Under the pieces are notes generated by a model. It was not told where the DNA came from. It ran no database searches and saw only the letters and a list, made by a program, of their open reading frames with translations. Source: Vulcanimicrobiaceae bacterium (GTDB taxonomy: Bacteria > Vulcanimicrobiota > Vulcanimicrobiia > Vulcanimicrobiales > Vulcanimicrobiaceae). Taken from it: a stretch of DNA of 10,615 nucleotides. Made by a program: the position numbers and the translations under genes. This document shows, piece after piece, positions 7,072-10,615 of this stretch; position 1 is the first letter of the stretch; every line of letters begins with the position of its first letter. The stretch is taken from assembly GCA_046262595.1 (NCBI GenBank), contig JBHEMM010000038.1:9723-20337 (forward strand), in the 5' to 3' direction.

Positions 7072-8871
7072 TTATTTCTTCAACTTTGCGACGAGTGCAT
7101 CGTACTCTTGGCGCAGGTCGCCGCCCACGCTCTCCCCGGCCATGACCAATTCGTCGATCCGGCGGGACAATTCTTGATAACGCGTTCGCTCGTCATCGAG
7201 TTGCAGCCGCTCGACCACCCGCTCAAGGTGCGCCCGCCGCTGCGCCGAGTCCTCGTACCGCACCGTCGAACTGCGGTCGCGCTGACCCAGCGAGGTTAAA
7301 ACGCCGAAACCTTCCTCATCGTCGGCAAACAGCGCGAAAATATCTGCCGTCGAGCGCAAACGCGCGCTTTCTTGCACGAGCTGCGAATAGATGCGCGCGT
7401 ACGTGTCGCTGCGGAAGCGGCCGGGAGGAATACGTCCGGCAAACTCGCTTATGAGCGCCGGCTCTTCCAGCAGAATCGCAATTGCCTCCCGCTCGAACGA
7501 GGACGGTTGAACTGCCCTGGGAACGTGATGCGTGCCGAGGACCGACGCGCGCGGCGCCAGCCCGCGTGGCGCAAAGTTCGCACTGTTTGCGAGGAAGCGG
7601 CTGTTCCGCAAGTCGTTCTCGCTGAGTTTGAGCCGCCGGGCAATCCATACGCGCCATCTGTCCCACTCCGCCTGCGGCGTCATTTTTCGGATCAGCGCCT
7701 CCGCCCTAGCCGCAATCTGTGCCGGCGAATCGAAGCCGCGCTCGAGCGCTTCGGCCTCTCGCTCCAAGCGATACTCGATCGCCGGTTTGGCTTGCTTGAG
7801 CAAAGAACCGAACGCCTGCGCACCGTGGCCGCGCACGAACGAGTCGGGATCGGAACCCGCGGGCAAAATGACGATGCGTACAGCCAGGCCCGCATGTTCG
7901 ACAACGGCCATCGCTACCTCGATCGCTTTCGAGGCCGCCGCTTCGCCCGCGGCATCGCCGTCGAAGCACAGGTAGATGCCGTCGGCGCTTTTCGCGAGCT
8001 CGCGCGCCTGCTCTTCGGTGAACGAGGTTCCCAGCGACGCGACCGCGTTCTCAAAACCGGCTTGATGCAGGGCGATGCAGTCCAAGTATCCTTCCACGAC
8101 AATGAGCGTCCGTTCGCGAGAGGCCGCGCGCCGGGCGAGATTGAGCGCATACAAGTGGCGGCCTTTCGTGTAGACCGGCGTCGTCGAAGTATTCAGATAT
8201 TTTTGTTCGGCGTCACCGAGCGCGCGGCCGCCGAACGCAATCACCTCGCCGGTCGTCGCATACGTCGGCACCATCAGCCGGTCGCGGTAGAAGTCATAGT
8301 ATCCGCGCTGCCCCGCTTTAATCAGCCCCGCTTTTGCAGCGAGTTCAAGTTCGACGTTCTCGCGTTTGAGTTCGTCGGTAAGCGCGTTCCACTCGTTGGG
8401 TGCATAACCTAAATGGAATTTCGCGATCGCAGCCTCGTCCAAACCGCGCCGTTCGCAGTACGCGCGCGCCGCAGCGCCGCGTTCGTCGCGCAGCATGCGT
8501 TCGAAGTACGCGGCGGCGATGCGGTTCGCTTCGTAGATCGCTTCGCGCTCGCTGCGCCGGCGCGCCTCGCCCGGCTTTTCCGGTTCGAGCTCCACCCCGG
8601 CGCGCGAGGCAAGGACGCGGACGGCATCCGTGAAGGGTAGATTCTCGAGCTTCGAGAGAAACGTGATGACGTCGCCGCCGGCGCCGCAGCCGAAGCATTT
8701 AAAAAAGCCCTTATCGGGATGCACGTGAAACGAAGGCGTCTTCTCGCCGTGAAACGGACAAAGGCCAACAAGATCGTTCCCGCGCTTGCGCAGCGAAACA
8801 TACGAACCGATGAAGCCGGCAATATCGGTGCGCGCGTGAATCTCGCGAATAGCTTCCTGGTCGAAACGCAT
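7072..8871 (-). CDS. dnaG: DNA primase, 599 aa
   Basis: CHC2 zinc finger GLCPFHGEKTPSF...FKCFGCG; FGGRAL, KYLNTS; TOPRIM VVEGYLD, ASLGTS, CFDGDAAG, DPD. True start at ATG 8871 (MRFDQEAIREI); the ORF-track extension to 9306 is antisense to the HD gene. Confidence 0.98.
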   Translation of the reverse strand: MRFDQEAIREIHARTDIAGFIGSYVSLRKRGNDLVGLCPFHGEKTPSFHVHPDKGFFKCFGCGAGGDVITFLSKLENLPFTDAVRVLASRAGVELEPEKPGEARRRSEREAIYEANRIAAAYFERMLRDERGAAARAYCERRGLDEAAIAKFHLGYAPNEWNALTDELKRENVELELAAKAGLIKAGQRGYYDFYRDRLMVPTYATTGEVIAFGGRALGDAEQKYLNTSTTPVYTKGRHLYALNLARRAASRERTLIVVEGYLDCIALHQAGFENAVASLGTSFTEEQARELAKSADGIYLCFDGDAAGEAAASKAIEVAMAVVEHAGLAVRIVILPAGSDPDSFVRGHGAQAFGSLLKQAKPAIEYRLEREAEALERGFDSPAQIAARAEALIRKMTPQAEWDRWRVWIARRLKLSENDLRNSRFLANSANFAPRGLAPRASVLGTHHVPRAVQPSSFEREAIAILLEEPALISEFAGRIPPGRFRSDTYARIYSQLVQESARLRSTADIFALFADDEEGFGVLTSLGQRDRSSTVRYEDSAQRRAHLERVVERLQLDDERTRYQELSRRIDELVMAGESVGGDLRQEYDALVAKLKK

Positions 8872-8913
8872 GTGACGGGACGTTCTTCTCCATCCGCGAA
8901 AAAGGCCCTCAGG

Positions 8914-10116
8914 TTGAAGCGTATTTACGATCCGGTCCACCACTTCATCGAGCTCTCGGACGCCGAGGCGCGGCTGCTCGATTCCGCTCCGATGCAGCGG
9001 CTGCGGCGCCTGCGTCAGCTGGGGCTTGCATACCTGGCATTTCCGTCGGCCGAGCACTCCCGTTTCAGTCACGCGCTCGGCGCGCTTTCGATGGGCGCAC
9101 GGGCGTTCGCCGAACTGGAGCGGCACGGCGCCGCGTTTTTCACAAGCGCCGAAGAGCTTGGCTATCAGCGGCGCCTGGTGCGCGCAGCGCTCATCTTGCA
9201 CGACGTGGGGCACGGCCCGTTCAGCCACGCCTGCGAAGCGGTGCTCGGCGTGCGGCACGAAGAGCGCACGCGCGCCATCCTGGCGCTGCCGGAAATGCAG
9301 CGGCATCTTGCCGATCTCGACGTGCGCACCGAAGACGTGCTCGACCTGATCTTGGGAAGCGCGGGCGCGCGCTATCCCGTCTTGAGCGAAATGGTGAGCG
9401 GTCCCAACTTGGATGCCGATCGCATGGATTATCTCCTGCGCGACGCGTACTTTACCGGCGTTGCAGCCGGGCGCTACGATGTGGATCAGTTGGTCGCCTC
9501 ACTGCGCATCTTCGAAGTGGACGGCAAACCGGTGATGGGCATCGACCGCCGGGGCGTGGTCGCGCTCGAGTCGTTCGTACTCGCGCGGTACATGATGTTC
9601 GCTTCGGTATATTTTCATCACACGACGCGCATGTTCGAGCGCATTCTGCAGCGCGTTTTAGCCGAGCTTTGGCCCGACCCGTCGGCGTTGGAACCCATCG
9701 AGGAATTTCTGCGCTGGGACGATTTCCGGGTGCTCAACGAACTGCGGGGATCGCACTCCGAGCCGGCGCGCGCGCTGCGCGAACGGCTGCGCTTGTATGC
9801 CGTCGCTGCCGAGTTCAATGCGGAACGCGACTTGAGCGCCTTCGAACGCTGCGAGCAGCGGCTGACGAAGCGATTCGGCGCCGATGCCATCTGGAGCGAC
9901 GAGCAATCACAGCTCATTCACCGTTTGCCCCTACAGATTGCCGACCACGGGCGTACGGTCTGGGTGGGCACGGCGTCCGGCGGGATCGTCGACGCCCGAG
10001 ACGCATCCGACTTGATTGCGAAGATATCGGGCAAGGCGCACTGGCGTAAAATATTCGTCGTGCGAAGCAAAGTGGATGTGGCGCTGGCGCGGCGGTTATG
10101 CCGCGAACCGGCATGA
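8914..10116 (+). CDS. HD-domain phosphohydrolase, SAMHD1/YwfO-like (putative dNTP triphosphohydrolase), about 400 aa
   Basis: IYDPVHHFI, QRLRRLRQLG, AEHSRFSHALG, LHDVGHGPFSH, LDADRMDYLLRD, ARYMMFASVYFH. Start put at TTG 8914 because the family starts a few residues before DPVH; in-frame GTG 8872 is an alternative. Confidence 0.92.
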   Translation: MKRIYDPVHHFIELSDAEARLLDSAPMQRLRRLRQLGLAYLAFPSAEHSRFSHALGALSMGARAFAELERHGAAFFTSAEELGYQRRLVRAALILHDVGHGPFSHACEAVLGVRHEERTRAILALPEMQRHLADLDVRTEDVLDLILGSAGARYPVLSEMVSGPNLDADRMDYLLRDAYFTGVAAGRYDVDQLVASLRIFEVDGKPVMGIDRRGVVALESFVLARYMMFASVYFHHTTRMFERILQRVLAELWPDPSALEPIEEFLRWDDFRVLNELRGSHSEPARALRERLRLYAVAAEFNAERDLSAFERCEQRLTKRFGADAIWSDEQSQLIHRLPLQIADHGRTVWVGTASGGIVDARDASDLIAKISGKAHWRKIFVVRSKVDVALARRLCREPA

Positions 10117-10226
10117 CGTCGCCCCGCATCGCTGCGTTCGCCGGCACGGTTGTTCCGCGCCTGAAAGTTCCTTCCCGGATTTTGGAGATTGGTTCGGGCG
10201 ACGGCGGCCTTACCACGCTCTTGCGT
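10113..10226 (+). pseudogene. N-terminal fragment of a class I SAM-dependent methyltransferase
   Basis: ATG overlaps the HD stop (ATGA 10113-10116); MTSPRIAAFAGTVVPRLKVPSRILEIGSGDGGLTTLLR contains motif I (ILEIGSGDG, 10179-10205); the resemblance ends about 38 codons in. Confidence 0.7.
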
Positions 10227-10582
10227 CCGCCGCATCGAACATATCGGCTCCACATCCGTGCCCGGACTCGCCGCGAAACCGACGATCGACGTGCTCGTCG
10301 CCGTTGACGACCCGCTCGATGACGAGATCAAAGATGACATGGAACGCGCGGGTTACCGCTTGCGCGTGGAAGAACCCGAGCACCGCATGTTCCGCCACGG
10401 GCAGCACGACGTGCACGTGCATCTGTGGGCCGATGATTCACCGGAGATCGAACGGCACGTCGTCTTCCGCGAACGCCTACGCGCCAACGAAAGCGAACGG
10501 ACGACGTACGAACGACTACGCGACAGCCAAGGCTGCGGTCATAGCGCAGATCTTGGCTCGCGCGATGCCCGGCGGCTTCTAA
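10225..10582 (+). pseudogene. GrpB (UPF0157) nucleotidyltransferase-like gene, 5'-truncated and frameshifted
   Basis: Frame of ORF 10189 gives RIEHIGSTSVPGLAAKPTIDVLVAV...GY...EPEHRMF...VHVHLW...RHVVFRERLR...YERL; the family's C-terminal helix NDYATAKAAVIAQILARA follows in another frame from 10511 to TAA 10582. The usual N-terminal segment is missing. Confidence 0.85.
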
Positions 10583-10615
10583 TTGCCGCTTAACGCTGCC
10601 TGAGCGGCCGCGAGC

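Noticed and set aside
8719..8871. N-terminal extension of the HD ORF overlapping dnaG
   Set aside because: It is antisense to the primase zinc finger; HD family similarity starts at KRIYDPVH.
8872..9306. 145-aa N-terminal extension of DnaG in the ORF track
   Set aside because: It is the antisense of the HD gene; primase similarity starts at ATG 8871.
8914..10582. HD hydrolase plus nucleotidyltransferase-like gene as a new defence or toxin-antitoxin system
   Set aside because: The GrpB and methyltransferase parts are broken as given, both families are common in housekeeping contexts, and there are no defence-island or mobility markers.
10579..10615. Possible 3' end of a convergent minus-strand gene (LAAAQAALSGN*) and a NotI site at 10604-10611
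   Set aside because: Too short to support a gene call; GCGGCCGC occurs elsewhere in this GC-rich window, so it does not indicate vector sequence.

Overview
GC-rich bacterial chromosomal window, mostly housekeeping. Plus strand: 3' part of a ModB-like ABC permease, a monofunctional proline dehydrogenase and dtd. A convergent gene encodes a secreted HEAT-repeat/cyclophilin fusion. Then come a GsiB/Em-like KGG-repeat hydrophilin and two uncharacterised exported proteins, one with a VirB10/TrbI-like beta domain. The minus strand carries dnaG-rpoD followed by a third exported hypothetical. An HD-domain (SAMHD1/YwfO-like) phosphohydrolase sits divergent from dnaG across only about 42 bp. The window ends with a broken, chimeric stretch: a SAM-methyltransferase N-terminus joined out of frame to a GrpB nucleotidyltransferase-like gene that has a second frameshifting deletion. 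The SigA-type RpoD suggests Terrabacteria; the style of the Pro/Ala-rich exported proteins hints at Ca. Eremiobacterota (inference only). I see no CRISPR array, RNA gene, mobile element or clearly new multi-gene system. The most interesting signals are the double deletion scar at the right end, the compact dyad-symmetric dnaG/HD divergent junction, and the cluster of uncharacterised exported proteins.
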